64,000 bases of DNA, taken from assembly GCF_902713615.1 (NCBI RefSeq), contig NW_024055461.1, forward strand, positions 2,349,323-2,413,322. Direction: 5' to 3'. Shown here piece by piece: positions 33,201-47,000 of the stretch. Every line of letters starts with the position of its first letter. The stretch's first letter is position 1. The stretch is from Scyliorhinus canicula (taxonomy: Eukaryota). Both the position numbers and the translations under genes were made by a program. Below the pieces are notes generated by a model, which saw only the letters and a list, made by a program, of their open reading frames with translations, made no database searches and was not told the origin of the DNA.

Positions 33201-34610
33201 ATAATCCAGGGAATTATAGACCTTCGAGCTTGACGTCAGTGGTAGGCAAACTGTTAGAGAAGATACTGATGGATAGGATCGATTCAAATTTGGAAGAAAA
33301 TAGACTTATCAGTGATAGGCAGCATGGTTTTGTGCAGGGAAGGGCATGTATTACTAACCGAATAGAATTCTTTGAAGAAGTGACAAAGTTGATTGATGAG
33401 GGAAGGGCTGCAGATGTCATATACATGGACTTCAATAAGGCGTTTGATAAAGTTTCCCATGGCAGGTTGATGGAAAAAGTGAAGTCGTATGGGGTTCAGG
33501 GTCTACTAGCTAGATGGATAAAGACTTGGCTGGGCAACAGGAGACAGAGAGTAGTGGTGGAAGGGAGTGCCTCAAAATGGAGGACGGTGACTAGTGGTGT
33601 TCCACAGGGATCCCTGCTCGGACCACTATTGTTTGTGATGTACATAAATGATCTGGAAGAAGGTATAGGTAGTCTGATTAGCAAGTTTGCAGATGATACT
33701 AAGATTGGTGGAGTTGCAGATAGCGAGGCGGGCTGTCAGAGAATACTGCAAAATATAGATAGATTGGAGAGTTGGGCAGAGAAATGGCAGATGGAGTTCA
33801 ATCCAGGCAAATGCGAGGTGATGCATTTCGGAAGATCTAATTCAAGAGCGGGCTATATGGTCAATGGAAGAGTCCTGGGGAAAATTGATGTACAGAGAGA
33901 TCTGGGAGTTCAGGGCCATTGTACCCTGAAGGTGGCAACGCAGGTGATACAGTGGTCAAGAAGGCATACAGCATGCTTTCCTTCATCGGACGGGGTATGG
34001 AGTACAAGAGTCGGCAGGTCATGTTACAGTTGTTTAGGATTTTGGTTAGGCCACATTTGGAATACTGCGTGCAGTTCTGGTCGCCACATTACCAGAAGGA
34101 TGTGGATTCTGTAGAGAGGGTGCAGAGGAAATGCACCAGGATGTTGCCTGGTATGGAGGGTGCTAGCTATGATGAAAGGTTGAGTAGATTAGGATTGTTT
34201 TCGTTGGCAAGACGGAGGTTGAGGGGGGACCTGATTGAGGTCTGCCAAATTATGAGAGGTATGGACAGGGTGGATAGCAACAAGCTTTTTCCAAGAGTGG
34301 GGGTGTCAATTACAAGGGGTCACGATTTCAAGGTGAGAGGGGGAAAGTTTAAGGGAGATGTGCGTGGAAAGTTTTTTACGCAGAGGGTGGTGTGTCCCTG
34401 GAATGCTTTGCCAGCGGAGGTGGTAGAGGCGGGCATGATAGCATCATTTAAGATGCATCTAGACAGATATATGAACGGGCGGGGAACAGAGGGAAGTAGA
34501 TCCTTGCAAAATAGGAGACAGGTTTAGATAAAGGATCTAGATCGGCGCAGGTTGGGAGAGCCGAAGTGCCTGTTCCTGTGCTGTAATTTTATTTATTTGT
34601 TCTATATCTT
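30300..34610 (+). mobile_element. Full-length inactive CR1 LINE (ORF1 from 30621; ORF2 ~31600-34527)
   Basis: MAGDPRPVLCSSC zinc-finger-like start, HIGTND esterase motif, APE and RT (VPQGSLLGP, FADD) pieces with many stops, CR1 tail. Confidence 0.93.
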
Positions 34611-35640
34611 CCTCCAACCACCTGAAAATTATGTCCCCTCATGACAGCCCTGGGGAAATGTCTCTGGCTATCCACTATATCCATGCCACTCATCACCTTG
34701 TACCCCTCTATCAAGTCACCTCCCTGCCTTCTTCGCTCCAGCGAGAAAAGCCCTGGCGCCCTCAACCTTTCTTCATAAGACGTGCCCTCCAGCCCAGGCA
34801 GCATCCTGCTAAATCTAACTAGAGTTTTATAAAGCTGCAGCAAAACCTCGCGGCTCTTAAACTTAATCCCCCTGTTAATGAAAGCCAACACACCATACGC
34901 CTTTTTAACAACCCTATCAACCTGGGTGGCATCTTTGAAGGATCTATGTACGAGGACCTCGAGATCCCTCTGTTCCTCCACACTTCCAAGAATCCTGCCT
35001 TTAATCCTGTATCCAGCATTCAAATTTGACCTTCCAAAATGACTCACTTCACATTTATCAAGGTTGAACTCCATCTGCCACTTCTCAGCCCAGCTCTGCA
35101 ACCGTCAATGTCCTGTTGTAACCTGAAACAACCCTCAACACTATCTACAACTCCACTAACCTTTCATGGGATTCATGATTATTTCGAAAAACATAGTTTG
35201 ATTAAAGATAGTCAGCATGACGTTGTGAGGGGCACGTCATGCCTCACCAGCCTCATTGAATTATTCGAGGATGTGACGAGAGACATTGATGAAGGTCGGG
35301 CAGTGAATGTGGTGTATATGGATTTCAGTAACCCACTTGATCAGGTTCCCCATGGTACGCTCATTCAGAAAGTTCATTCAGAAACCTTTGTGTCATCGGC
35401 AAACTTATACCTACCCTTCCACTTCCTCATCCAAGCATTTCTAAAAAAACACAAAGAGTAGAGGTCCCAGAACAGATCATTGCATGACACTGGTCACCGA
35501 CCTCCAGGCGGAATAATTTCCATCCACTACCACTCTCTCTCTTCTTTTGGCCAGCCAATTCTGTATCCAGACAGCCAAATTTCCCTGAACCCATGCCACC
35601 TAACTTTCTGAATGAGCATACCATGGGGAACCTGATCAAG
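34611..35640 (-). mobile_element. Rearranged CR1 RT fragment with an internal inverted piece (~35165-35375, plus strand)
   Basis: Minus-strand RT C-terminal pieces flank a plus-strand DSQH...VVYMDF piece. Confidence 0.75.
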
Positions 35641-37450
35641 TGCGTTACCAATGTGGATAACCTCGCATTTCTCCAAATTATACTGCATCTGCCATTCATT
35701 TGCCCACTCACTCAACTTGTCCAAATCACACTGAAGTACCTCCTCACAGCTCACTCTCCCACCCAACTTGATGTAATCTGCAAATTTGGAGATTTAACAT
35801 ATTGCTCCCTCATCTAAAGCGTCAACATATATTGTCAATAGCTTGTGTCGTACCACCGATCCTATTTTCCCCACTGGTCACTGCCTGTCAATTTGAAACC
35901 ACCCGTTAATTCCTTCTGTTTGTTTCCTGCCTGCCAAACCAGTATTCTATCCATCTCACTATCCACAATTTTATGTTGTTTAATTCTACACGCATTCAAT
36001 TAATCATCTTCTTATCCATTTGAACGGCAGATGTTGGAGCTCACAAAATCACAGAAACATGGCCCACTATACGTCATAGAAATACGTCTGCCATTTTCCT
36101 TCAATGTTGGATATCAATTTCCTGCCAGTGTGTGAGGTTCACGGTAACTGCCTGTGTCTCCCATTTATCCGGGGTCAGGAGATCACAGCGTATCTACAGA
36201 CTGCGCTCAGCATTAGAACACCCAGTTTTGAAACCCTGTTAATCTTGATCTAGACCTTAAAGGAAGGAGTTAGGTCAGGGCATTTGAAGAGGCCTGCATC
36301 ACTCGAGCTGTTTATCGATTTAGAATTTGAGGGGAGCTAAGGTTGTTTGGAATACGATTGAGAATAAAACGGTATTGTAAATATATTTGTTCGGGCAGCT
36401 GACTAAATATCAACTGTTTATTTTCGCTAAATATAAATGATTTCATACAAATTATTTCTTGTAAAGCGGAATCAGCGTTTTTCAAGGATTACATGTCATT
36501 GTGTGATGTTAATGTACAACAACACGGATAATCTCGATTTTATTTATCCATTTATCGGTATAGACCAAAGCGCAATGTTTAGGATGCAATTATAATCAGT
36601 ACATGGAGGAATAATAATAAACACAGAACCCGTTGTATTAATACAGGACCCAGAGTGCAAAAATCAATACTTAACGCATTCAAACCTACAGAGATACAGT
36701 GCAATGCAACAATTTTGACCCGGAGAGATACAGTGCAATGCAATAATGTTGATCAGCTATGCATTAACAGTGAAACAGACAATTATAATAATCAAGCGGC
36801 CTAGGATAGATACAGAAATATCCTTATATTTCCTCTAGTGATTTAGTCTCAATTTTCTTCACATCTCCCACGTGATACACTTTGTGCTGTTTCATGGCGT
36901 TAAACTAATGGCGTTTCATGCTGTAAATTCAAGTTCTCAGAAGACTTTGTATGGTCAGTATAGTCGTTAGGGAGTGCCGGATAATTTATATTATGTGGGT
37001 TTAATTTGGATTACTTGGAATCCGATATCTTGTATGTGAGTCTAACTTCTGTTATGTGAGCACATTCGACAGCAAGTGACTGTTCCTGTCATTCTGATTG
37101 TTTCCTGCTCTAATGTCACTGAGCTAAGCTGGATTCTGTCTCGAGGTTATAATATTTCTTTGCTGTCTGACAAAAATGACCATTTCACATGAGTGAGCGG
37201 TCCTTATATTTGCCCAATTATCATTCAGGAATATCCTGAGCTGCCCAACACACGAAAACTGGTTGTCATCTTCCTGGGGTCTCCTAAAATTTTAACTCCT
37301 CCAACTATGAACATGAAAATAACTGCTGAAACTGTTTGTTCACGCAACTGTAAATAATTTTACATATTAATTGCCTCCCTCTAGATTTCAAACTGTATAA
37401 ATGCGGGCTTTTTGACTTTCTCATAAAGAATCTCTGTGACTGACTGCAGA

Positions 37451-37520
37451 ATGCACGGCCAGATAACTGGTGTAGTTTATGCCATTTACTACCCAATTCT
37501 TGCTGCCATTGGAGTTCCGG
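37451..37520 (+). CDS. Class A GPCR gene 2 (GPR139/GPR142-like family), exon 1 (MHGQITGVVYAIYYPILAAIGVP)
   Basis: ATG at 37451, 70 nt, donor GTAAGT at 37521; TATAAA at ~37392. Confidence 0.9.
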
Positions 37521-38799
37521 GTAAGTTGCTGCACTAACTCATTGACTTGAAGAATCACTGTTTTATGACGTTACTTCATTCCATTGTAACTAACAACATG
37601 ATATAATCATCCCCACGCGTTTTTAAACCTTATTTGAGCAAGGGAAGCTTAGATCTTCCTCATTTAAATATGTATTCACTTTTAAAAGCTCGAGCCTTAA
37701 TAATTAGTTTCTGACACATCAATTGATCTGGGGCTATTCCTTGCCATATCGAGGCTCGGCTGCCAATGTCAGTTGCCTGGATAAAATTAATAATATTTTG
37801 GTTACCTTTTCGAAGTCAATAGTACCTGATCTGCAGGGAGGTAACATAAGAATGTAACCTTTAGGTAGATTCTTAATTCGTATGTAAGTCTGAATCGAGC
37901 GGTAGCGAATTATTACCATGTAGTACAATTGCCTTGAATTACGCTAGCATTCCTTTGAGGTGATTACATTTCTGCAGGAATCCGGAATGAGCTGCAGATT
38001 CACTGTCAGCTATTTCATCTTTTCGCTTATCATGAAGATTCAGCTGCTTAAAATGATGGGGGATTGAAATTGCTATTGCGTTGTAATCATAACTGGCGTC
38101 CAGTTTTGCACTTGATCTGCTTTTCTGTCGCGCGTTGATATCACAGGAGAAGAAAACCGGGCCGAGCGTAAAACAAACTAATTTAATCGCTGAAACATTC
38201 GTCCAGCTACTGCATTAATCGACTAGTGACACAGCCACTTCATTCATCTTCCCTGTACGGTTGCGAGTACTCTGACTGTGCTCTTCAATAACTATTTTAC
38301 AGAGCCATTGTTGAGTTTGGGCAAAATATATTACAGACGAATCGTAGATATTTGGTGGGAATCATGTAATGTTCAGTGAAGGGGAGATTGCGGTTATGTT
38401 CCTGGATTCATGATCAAGAGACACGAGTTCAAAACGCAGAATTTAATTTAAATTCAGATAACAATTAAATGTGGAATTAACTGATATTATCATTAATGAT
38501 GATTATGAAACTACCAGTGACTTCAGAAAGTTCACCAGGTTCTATAAGGTCCTTTATTGAAGAACATCAACACTCGCGGATATATAATTCCAGATTCACA
38601 GCAATATAATTGAACATTAACAGTTCTCTGAAATGACTCATGAAACCACTCAGTCGGTAAGTCGTGGCTCACAATAACCTTTCAATGGTTAGAATCGATA
38701 GACAATAAATGTAATAAATTGTGGTGCTTCTAAGACGCCAAATCAATTGAATGAATAACTTAAAATGATCTGACGTTTTTTTAAAAAGTCATTTTTAAA

Positions 38800-39260
38800 G
38801 GATGTGGCCGTCGCTGGCGAGCCCAGCAATTGTTTCCCATGCTTAGTTGCTCTTCAGAAGGTGGTGGTGGTGATCTGCCTTCTTGAGCACTGCAGTCCGT
38901 GTAGAGTAGACACACCTACTGTGCTGTTAGGGAGGGTGCTCCACGATTTTTACCCAGCGACAGTGAAGGGACGGGAATATATGTCCAAGTCAGGATGGTG
39001 AGTGAATTGTGGGAGAACCTCCCGGTGGTAGTATCTGCTGTTTTTCTCCTTCTAGGTGGTAGCAGTCGTGGGTTTCGAAGGTGTTGATGAGGGAATGTTA
39101 CTGAGTTCCTGCAATGAATCCTGTAAATTGTATACACCGATGCTACAATGCTTCGGTAGTGGAGGGAATTAATGTTTGTGGAAAGGGTGTCAATCAAAAA
39201 GGCTGATTTGTGCTGGATGGTTTTGAGCTTATTGAGCATTATTGGAGCTGCACTCATCTA
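38800..39260 (-). mobile_element. Old LINE 3' fragment (RT C-terminal region)
   Basis: ORF 38916-39257 (KTIQHKSAFLIDT...SLHYRSIVASVYTIYRIHC) resembles CR1/L2-group C-termini. Confidence 0.6.
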
Positions 39261-40029
39261 AGCAAGTATTCCATTCCGTTCCTGGCTTGTACATTGTAGA
39301 TGGTGGACAGGCTTTGGGGGCGGGGCGAAGGGTGGGGGAGAGGGGGGTGGGGGTGGGTTGCACAGGGACGTTACGATCAAAGGGTAAGTTAATCGCCGTA
39401 GGATTCCGAGCCTTTAACCTGCGTACATCAATATAAGTGGTTGAGGCAGAGGACAGCACGCACCAGGTCGCGCCTGTTCTGCATTCAATAAACTCCTGAC
39501 TGATATTCGGATTAAAATCAATTTTGCCGCATCAAATGTGACTTGGTTCTCTCAGCCAGCAAATGCTGTCCATCTAAGCCTTGAATATTGAATATATATT
39601 TAACAATAAAGAGACCCAGAGCCATCTTGGCAGAGAATTCTAAAAGAACACATCCATTTTTTATGAATAAATTCGTGCTCGTCTCAGTCCGAAATAACCT
39701 TTCCTTTATTCTGAAGAGATTCGCCATGAATCCAGAATCTACGAGCACGACCTCTCTCCATAGATTCTGTCACGCCCTTTGAGAATGTGTTTGTTTCAAT
39801 GAGATGGCCTCTTCGACATTTCAGACAATATAAACCCAATTTGTTTCGCCTCGGTCAGAGAACAAAGAACATAATTTCTCATCAAAATGGAAACTAGCTT
39901 CCAAGCCAGCGGTTTCTGAGACGCAGATCATTCGATGTTTCTTCAGTTGTATTAAACTGACACATCCGATTTGTTTAGAATATTTCCTGATATACTTGTT
40001 TAAAACAGAATTTGCAGTGCATTTGCAGC

Positions 40030-40345
40030 TATTTGGCCCATCGAGTCTGCACCGGCTCTTGGCAAGAGCAACCTACTTTAGCCCACGTCTTTACCCGATC
40101 CCCATAACCCAGTAACCCCACCTAACCTTTTTGGACACTAAGGGGCAATTTAGGAAACAAGACCAATCCACCTAACCTGCACATCTTTGGACTGTGGGAG
40201 GAAACCGGAGCACCCGAAGGAAACTCATGCAGACACGGGTAGAACGTGTAAACTCCACATAGGGAGTCACCAGAGGCCGGAATTGAACCTGGGACCCTGG
40301 AGCTGTGATGCAGCCGTGCTAACAAATGTGCAACCGTGCCTCCCT
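40030..40345 (-). mobile_element. tRNA-derived SINE in the GPCR gene 2 intron
   Basis: Reverse complement of the SINE family seen at 7266 and 23048. Confidence 0.8.
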
Positions 40346-40882
40346 TGTGTCACCGTGTCGCCCTCGTCTCATCATACACTTTAAAAATACAAATGTAACT
40401 AATATGTCACCTGTGTTAACAGGCTTTTCCCGTTTACCTGATACATGATCCAAAATTGGAATGCCAAATATTGAACGTGACCTTCAGATCTTTAACCGTT
40501 TGGTCCTTCGCTATGAAATGGCCGCCTTCAATCGCATTTAATTTCTTCCTCAATCTGCTTCTTCAGTGCTTTCCTTAAACTTACCTAATTGTCCAGTTAT
40601 TCGACATCTGGCACAATGTCCTCTCATGTGGTGAGGTGTCACATTTTGATGTATCGATCTTCTCTGAAGCGACTTGAGACACCTTTTGCTTTAAAGATGC
40701 TGCATAAATTTCGGATGCCCTTGCAGCTATTTTTGAAACAGAATTGACATTAAAAATCCAAGAATAACTGTGTTAGGTGTCCTCCATAACGAAGATGAAC
40801 TGGAAAAAGTCACAATTATGTCTTGTGCATGGTTGGAATATGTTTAGTAACTTTATAATTTTAATCTTCTTGTATCTCTCAG

Positions 40883-41790
40883 TTAACTTGGTGGCGATTG
40901 TGGTCCTCTCCAGGGGAAGATGTGGCCTCTCCAAATGCATCACTCGGTATCTGGTGTCTATGGCAGTGACCGATCTCCTAGTCGTTCTCACCGCTGTCAT
41001 ATTCAATCGGATTATTGGCATCTATTTTCCAGTTAGCTTTATGTCATTGACTCCAGCATGCACTCTGAGCACCGTGATAATCTATGCGGCCACCGAGAGT
41101 TCTGTCTGGTTAACCGTCGCTTTCACCTTTGATCGTTATATAGCCATTTGTTCCCAGAAACTGAAGACAAACTATTGCACCGAGAAAATAGCAGCTGTGG
41201 TGATAGGAACCGTTTGTTTGTTGAGCTGTTTCAAAAGCATTCCCTCGTACTTTATATATGAACCACTCTATATAATGAACAATGTGCCGTGGTTGTGTAA
41301 CATAAAATCAAGCTTTTACACCTCACTTGCATGGACAGCCTATGACTGGTTTGCACGTGTGTTAAATCCAGGTCTGCCCTTCCTCCTGATTTTGCTATTC
41401 AATGCTCTGACCGTCAGGCACATTCTGGCGGCCAGTAGATCCCGCCGGAGACTCCGGGCTAACAGCAGTGGAGAGAATCAGAGTGATCCAGAGATGCTGA
41501 ACAGGAGGAAGTCTATTGTCTTACTCTTCGCCATCTCCGGAAGCTTCATTCTGTTGTGGATGACGTATGTTGTCGATTTCCTGTACGTGAAAATTACAAA
41601 TGAATCTTATTTCGGAGGATCCAATTTCAATGACCCCAGATTCATTCGCCAAGAAAGTGGAAACATGCTTCAGCTACTGAGCTGTTGCACCAACACGTGC
41701 ATTTATGCAGTGACACAGAGGAAATTCAGAGAAGAGTTGAGGAATGCGGCAAAATATCTTGGAAATCTCATAGTAAACTTAGTCAAGTAG
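40883..41790 (+). CDS. Class A GPCR gene 2, exon 2
   Basis: Acceptor tctctcAG at 40881-40882; phase-1 join gives GVP-V-NLVAIV; DRY and CCTNTCIY motifs; spliced product 325 aa. The ORF-track ATG at 40777 is intronic. Confidence 0.92.
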
Positions 41791-43329
41791 CAAAGACAAA
41801 GGGTTTGGTTTAGATTATAAATCAAATATATCTTGCAGTTTCAGAATGTTTGCTCTTGACATATGGGGTGAAATTAATCTTCGGCAGCCATTAGGAACCT
41901 GCCACCAGTTTTCCCTTCTCTCCGCTGACTTGCCAAGTGCCGAAAATTGAACTAGGTGTAGAGTAGACAGTTGGGCTCTAATTACCAGGTTTGTGTGTCC
42001 AGTCCTTTCAATTCTGTCTCAACCCTTCTTCAGAGATTTTCCCTTCGGAACATAAGAAATGAGAGATTCTGCTTTGCCATTAGTGCGATCGGGACTGAAC
42101 TTCCAGATGAAATCCATGATTCTGCTCTGTCCCTTTTTTCTTGAAATCACACAGTGCCGCAAAATCTATCAATATCAACCTTGAATATGTCCACGTACAA
42201 CGACAACCAAATGACATCGAGAAATCCAAATTTTGTAACTGTGTGAATTCAGCTATTTTTCATAACTATAGCCTCAATCCCTTCTCCAGAAAATCGAATC
42301 CTTACTTTAACACTATTTAGGTGGAGAAACAGCTTCTCAATCAAAATGCTGTTAGGTTCCAAGAGATTTAATAACATTTCAATGAGATCGTTTCCCATGC
42401 TTTGAATCTAGAGTTCGACTCATTCCAGGGAATATTCAGCCAGTCTCTCGCCAGGCTTTCTCCTCCGGTACAAAAAGATAGTATTAGTGTCCTGGTAGAT
42501 TTTCATTCATTAGAAGTTATAAGTGAAAAATTAAAATAAGAAAGTAGAATATATTGTTTGACGATTTACCCTGAATGAATCATTGAACAATTTAAGCGAA
42601 GGTGCTGATACCTGTGAGAAATCATTTTGCACATCAGTTAATTCCACAGGCCTGTATGTTTCAACCGATGCCTTTGTCTATGTATTTACATTGTGTGCCT
42701 TGTGTTGCATTGTTACGTATTTTCTTTTCATGTACTGAATGATTTGTTTGAGCTGCACGCAGAAAAATACTTTTCTCTGTTCCTCTGTCCACGTAACAAT
42801 AAACAAATCCAATCCAATGCCTACATGAACAAACCAATCATATCAAAGCCCTCAGGATCTTCAACATTTAAGTCAACTCGCTTCTTACTCTTCTAAACTC
42901 TCACACACATTCTGTCTATAATGCACATCTGATTTGAGTTCAGATTTCAATCACAAAGTATTGGACATTCTCAGCAGGCCTGACAGCGTCTCTATGGAGA
43001 GAAAGGAGCTAACGTTTCGCGTCTGGATGACTCTGTGTCAAAACTTTGAGCAACAACGTTAGCCGCATCGGCAAATTTGGAAATTTCAATCAATACATAA
43101 CATGGAAGTTGAATAATACAAAACAGTAGTCCTAGTACTGTACTTGAGGGAACATTGTTTACCACCAAAAACAAGGTGACCTTGACTTTTGTCCCTAAGA
43201 CAACAGGGAGAGAAAATGAAATTGTCCAAATTGCAGTCTCTCCCAAGAATAACTTGGGAGAGACTGCAGACTACACGATACCAAGGAAGAAGGTTATCTC
43301 GGATTGCAACGGGACCTTGATCCATTGGC

Positions 43330-44079
43330 TGCTGGGCCGATGAATAACACATGATGTTTAATTTAGTTGAATGTGTGGTAGATCGAATCGGGGCAGGATA
43401 TCCCCACTTTGTGGAAGGGAGTTGGGCAGAGTTATAGAACAAAGAGATCTAGGAGTACAGGTTCATAGCTCCTTAAAAGTGGTGTCACGGAGGTCAGGGT
43501 GGTGAAGAAGGCACGATTGGTTTCATTGGTCAGAACATTGAATTCAGGAGTTGGGACATCATGTTGAAATTTGCAAGACATTAGTGAACCACACTTGGAA
43601 TACCGTGTACAATTCTGGTCAGTCTTATTATAGAAACAACATTATTAACCGGTTTAGCACAGTGAGCTAAATAGCTGGCTTGGAATGCAGAACAAGGCAG
43701 CAGCGCGGGTTCAATTCCCGTGCCGGCCTCCCCGAACTGGCGCCGGAATGTGGCGATTAGGGGCTTTTCACAGTAACTTCATTGAATCCTACCTGCGACA
43801 ATAAGTGATTATTATTATTGCCGAGAAAGTGCAGAAACGATTTACTCGGATGCTACCGGGACTTGATGGTTTGAGTTATAAGTAGAGGCTGGATAAAGTG
43901 GGACTTTTTTCCCTGGAGCGTCGATGGCTTTGGGATGATCTCAAAGAGGTCTGTAAAATAATGAGTGGCATAGACAAGGTAGAGAGGCAATATCTTTCCC
44001 CAAAAGTAGGGGAGCCTAAAACTAGAGATCATAGGTTTCATGTGTGAGGGAAGAGATACAAAAGGGTCCAGAGGTGCAC
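43330..44079 (+). mobile_element. Decayed CR1 RT fragment containing a SINE (~43650-43820), truncated by L1
   Basis: CR1-like 'ttggaataccgtgtacaattctggtc' and 'ttttccctggagcg'; SINE with (TTA)n tail. Confidence 0.7.
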
Positions 44080-47000
44080 TTTTTTATTATTTTTTTTAAA
44101 TACTTTTTATTGAAATTTTTACAAAATATAAACATCACAACAATATTAACAAAACAAGCGCGGTAACAACCCAAGAACAACACCCACCCACCTTCAAAAG
44201 CAACTACAAACAAAAGAAAAAACAAAAGAACACCCAAACAACAAAAGGGAAAGAGATAACACCCGCCACATCCCACAAACCCATGTAGACAGTTCTCCCT
44301 CCCACCGAACCAAAACCCCCCCTCCCTCCCTCCTCCCCCCCCCCCCCCCCCCCGGTTGCTGCTGCTGCCGGCCTATTTCCCTACCGTTCCGCCAGGAAGT
44401 CCAGGAAAGGCTGCCACCGCCTAAAGAACCCTTGTACTGATCCTCTCAGGGCAAATTTCACCTTCTCCAATTTAATGAACCCCGCCATATCATTGATCCA
44501 GGCCTCCACGCTTGGGGGCCTTGCATCCTTCCATTGGAGCAAGATCCTCCGCCGGGCTACTAGGGACGCAAAGGCCAGAACACCGGCCTCTTTCACCTCC
44601 TGCACTCCCTGCTCCCCTGCAATCCCACAAATTGCGAGTCCCCAGCCTGGCTTGACCCTGGATCCCACCACCCTCGACACCGTCCTTGCTACGCCCTTCC
44701 AAAACTCCCCCAGCGCCGGGCACGCCCAAAACATATGGGCGTGGTTCGCTGGGCTCCCCGAGCACCTAGCACACCTGTCCTCGCCCCCGAAAAACCTGCT
44801 CATCCTCGTCCCAGTCATGTGGGCCCTATGCAGCACCTTGAACTGTATGAGGCTAAGCCTCGCGCAGGAAGAGGAGGAATTCACGCTTTCCAGGGCATCC
44901 GCCCACGTCCCCTCCTCAATCTCATCACCCAGCTCCTCTTCCCATTTCCCCTTCAGTTCCTCCACCGAGGCCTCGTCTATCTCCTGCATCACCCGGTATA
45001 TGTCCGAAATCCTCCCTCCTCCAACGCACAACCCTGAGAGCACCCTGTCCCGCACCCCACGTGGGGGCAGCAAGGGGAACCCCTCCACCTGCTGCCTGGC
45101 AAACACCCTCACCTGTATGTACCTAAACATGTTCCCCGGGGGGAGCCCAAACTTCCCCTCTAACTTCCCCAAGCTGGCGAACCTCCCCTCCACAAACAGA
45201 TACCTCAACATCCTAACCCCTGCCCTGTGCCAGCCCAGAAATCCGCCATCAATGCTCCCTGGGACAAACCGATGGTTCCCCCGTATCCGGGCCTCCATCG
45301 AGCCCCCCACTTCTCCCCTATGCCATCTCCATTGCCCCCAAATTTTGAGGGTAGCCGCCAAAACCGGGCTCGTGGTATACCTCGTTGGAGGGAGTGGCAA
45401 CGGCGCCGTTGCCAGCACCTCCAGGGTCATGCCCACACATGACGCCGCCTCCATCCTCTTCCATGCTGCCCCTTCCTCGACCATTACCCACTTACGCACC
45501 ATCGCTGTGTGGGAGCCCAATAGTACCCACAGAGGTTGGGCAACGCCAGTCCCCCCCCCCCCCGCCCCCCCATCCCTGCCCGTTCCAGGAACACTCTTAT
45601 CACCCTCGGAGTCCCTTGCGCTCTCAAAAATCCTGTCATACTCCCGTTGACCCTCCTAAAAACGGCCTTCGGGATAAGGATGGGGAGGCACCGGAACAGG
45701 AACAAAAACCTCGCGAGCACCGTCATCTTAACGGACTGCACCCTCCCCGCCAGTGACAGCGGTAACATATCCCACCTCTTAAACTCCTCCTCCATCTGCT
45801 CCACCAACCTTGTGAGGTTGAGCTTGTGCAGGGCCCCCCAACTCCCAGCCACCTGGACACATAGGTCTTCCCTCCCTGCTTCAGTGGGAGCCTACCAATC
45901 CCCTCCTACTGATACCCCGGATGCACCACAAACAACTTACTCTTGCCCAGGTTCAACTTATACCCAGAGAAACCCCCGAATTCACTAAGAATCCTCATCA
46001 CCTCCGGCATCCCCCCAGCGGGTCCGCCACATACAGCAACAAGTCGTTCACATAAAGCGACACTCGATGCTCCTCCCCACCCCGCACCAGGCCCCTCCAG
46101 TTTCCTGACTCCCTCAACGCCATGGCCAGGGGCTCAATCGCCAACGTGAAGAGCAAGGGGAACAGGGGCACCCCTGTCTCGTCCCCCGTTACAGCCGAAA
46201 GTACTCCGACCTCCTCCTAGTTGTGGCTACACTCACCACCGGGGCCTCGTAGAGGAGTCTCACCCACCGGATAAACCCCTCCCCAAACCCAAACCTCTCC
46301 AACACCTCCCACAGATACTCCCACTCAACCCTATCAAAGGCCTTCTCCGCATCCAATGCCACCACTATCTCCGCCTCCCCTTCCACGGCCAGCATCATAA
46401 AGACATTGAGGAGCCTTCGCACGTTCGTATTCAACTGCGTTCTCTTCACTAACACCGTCTGGTCCACATGAATGACCCCGGGCACGCAATCCTCTATTCT
46501 AGTGGCCAGGATCTTTGCCAGCAGCTTAGCGTCGGCGTTTAGCAGCGAAATCGGTCTCTATGAACCGCACTGCAGAGGGTCCTTGTCCCACTTCAGGATC
46601 AAGGAAATCAGCGCCCGTGACATAGTTGGGGGCAAAGCCCCCCCCCCCACCCCCCATACCCCCTTGCCTCGTCAAAGGTCCGGACCAACAGGGGACCCAA
46701 CAGGTCCACATACCTTTTATAAAATTCCGCCGGAAACCCGTCCAGCAGCGGTGCCTTCCCCGACTGCATGCTCCCTATCCCTTTGACCAACTCCTCCAGC
46801 TCGATCGGCGCCCCCAGTCCCTCCACCTGCTCCTCCTCCACCCTCGGGAATCGCAGCTTGTCCAAGAAGCCCCATTCCACCCCCCTCCACCGTGGGTTCT
46901 GACCGGTAAAGTTCCCCATAGAAGCCCCTGAAGACCCCATTAACATCTACCCCCCTCCGTACCACCTTCCCAGCCTTATCCGTCACTCCCCCAATCTCCC

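Noticed and set aside
40777-40882. N-terminal extension of the 337-aa GPCR ORF (likewise 22488-22551 for gene 1)
   Set aside because: Intronic read-through upstream of clear splice acceptors; true first exons were found at 37451 and 26398.
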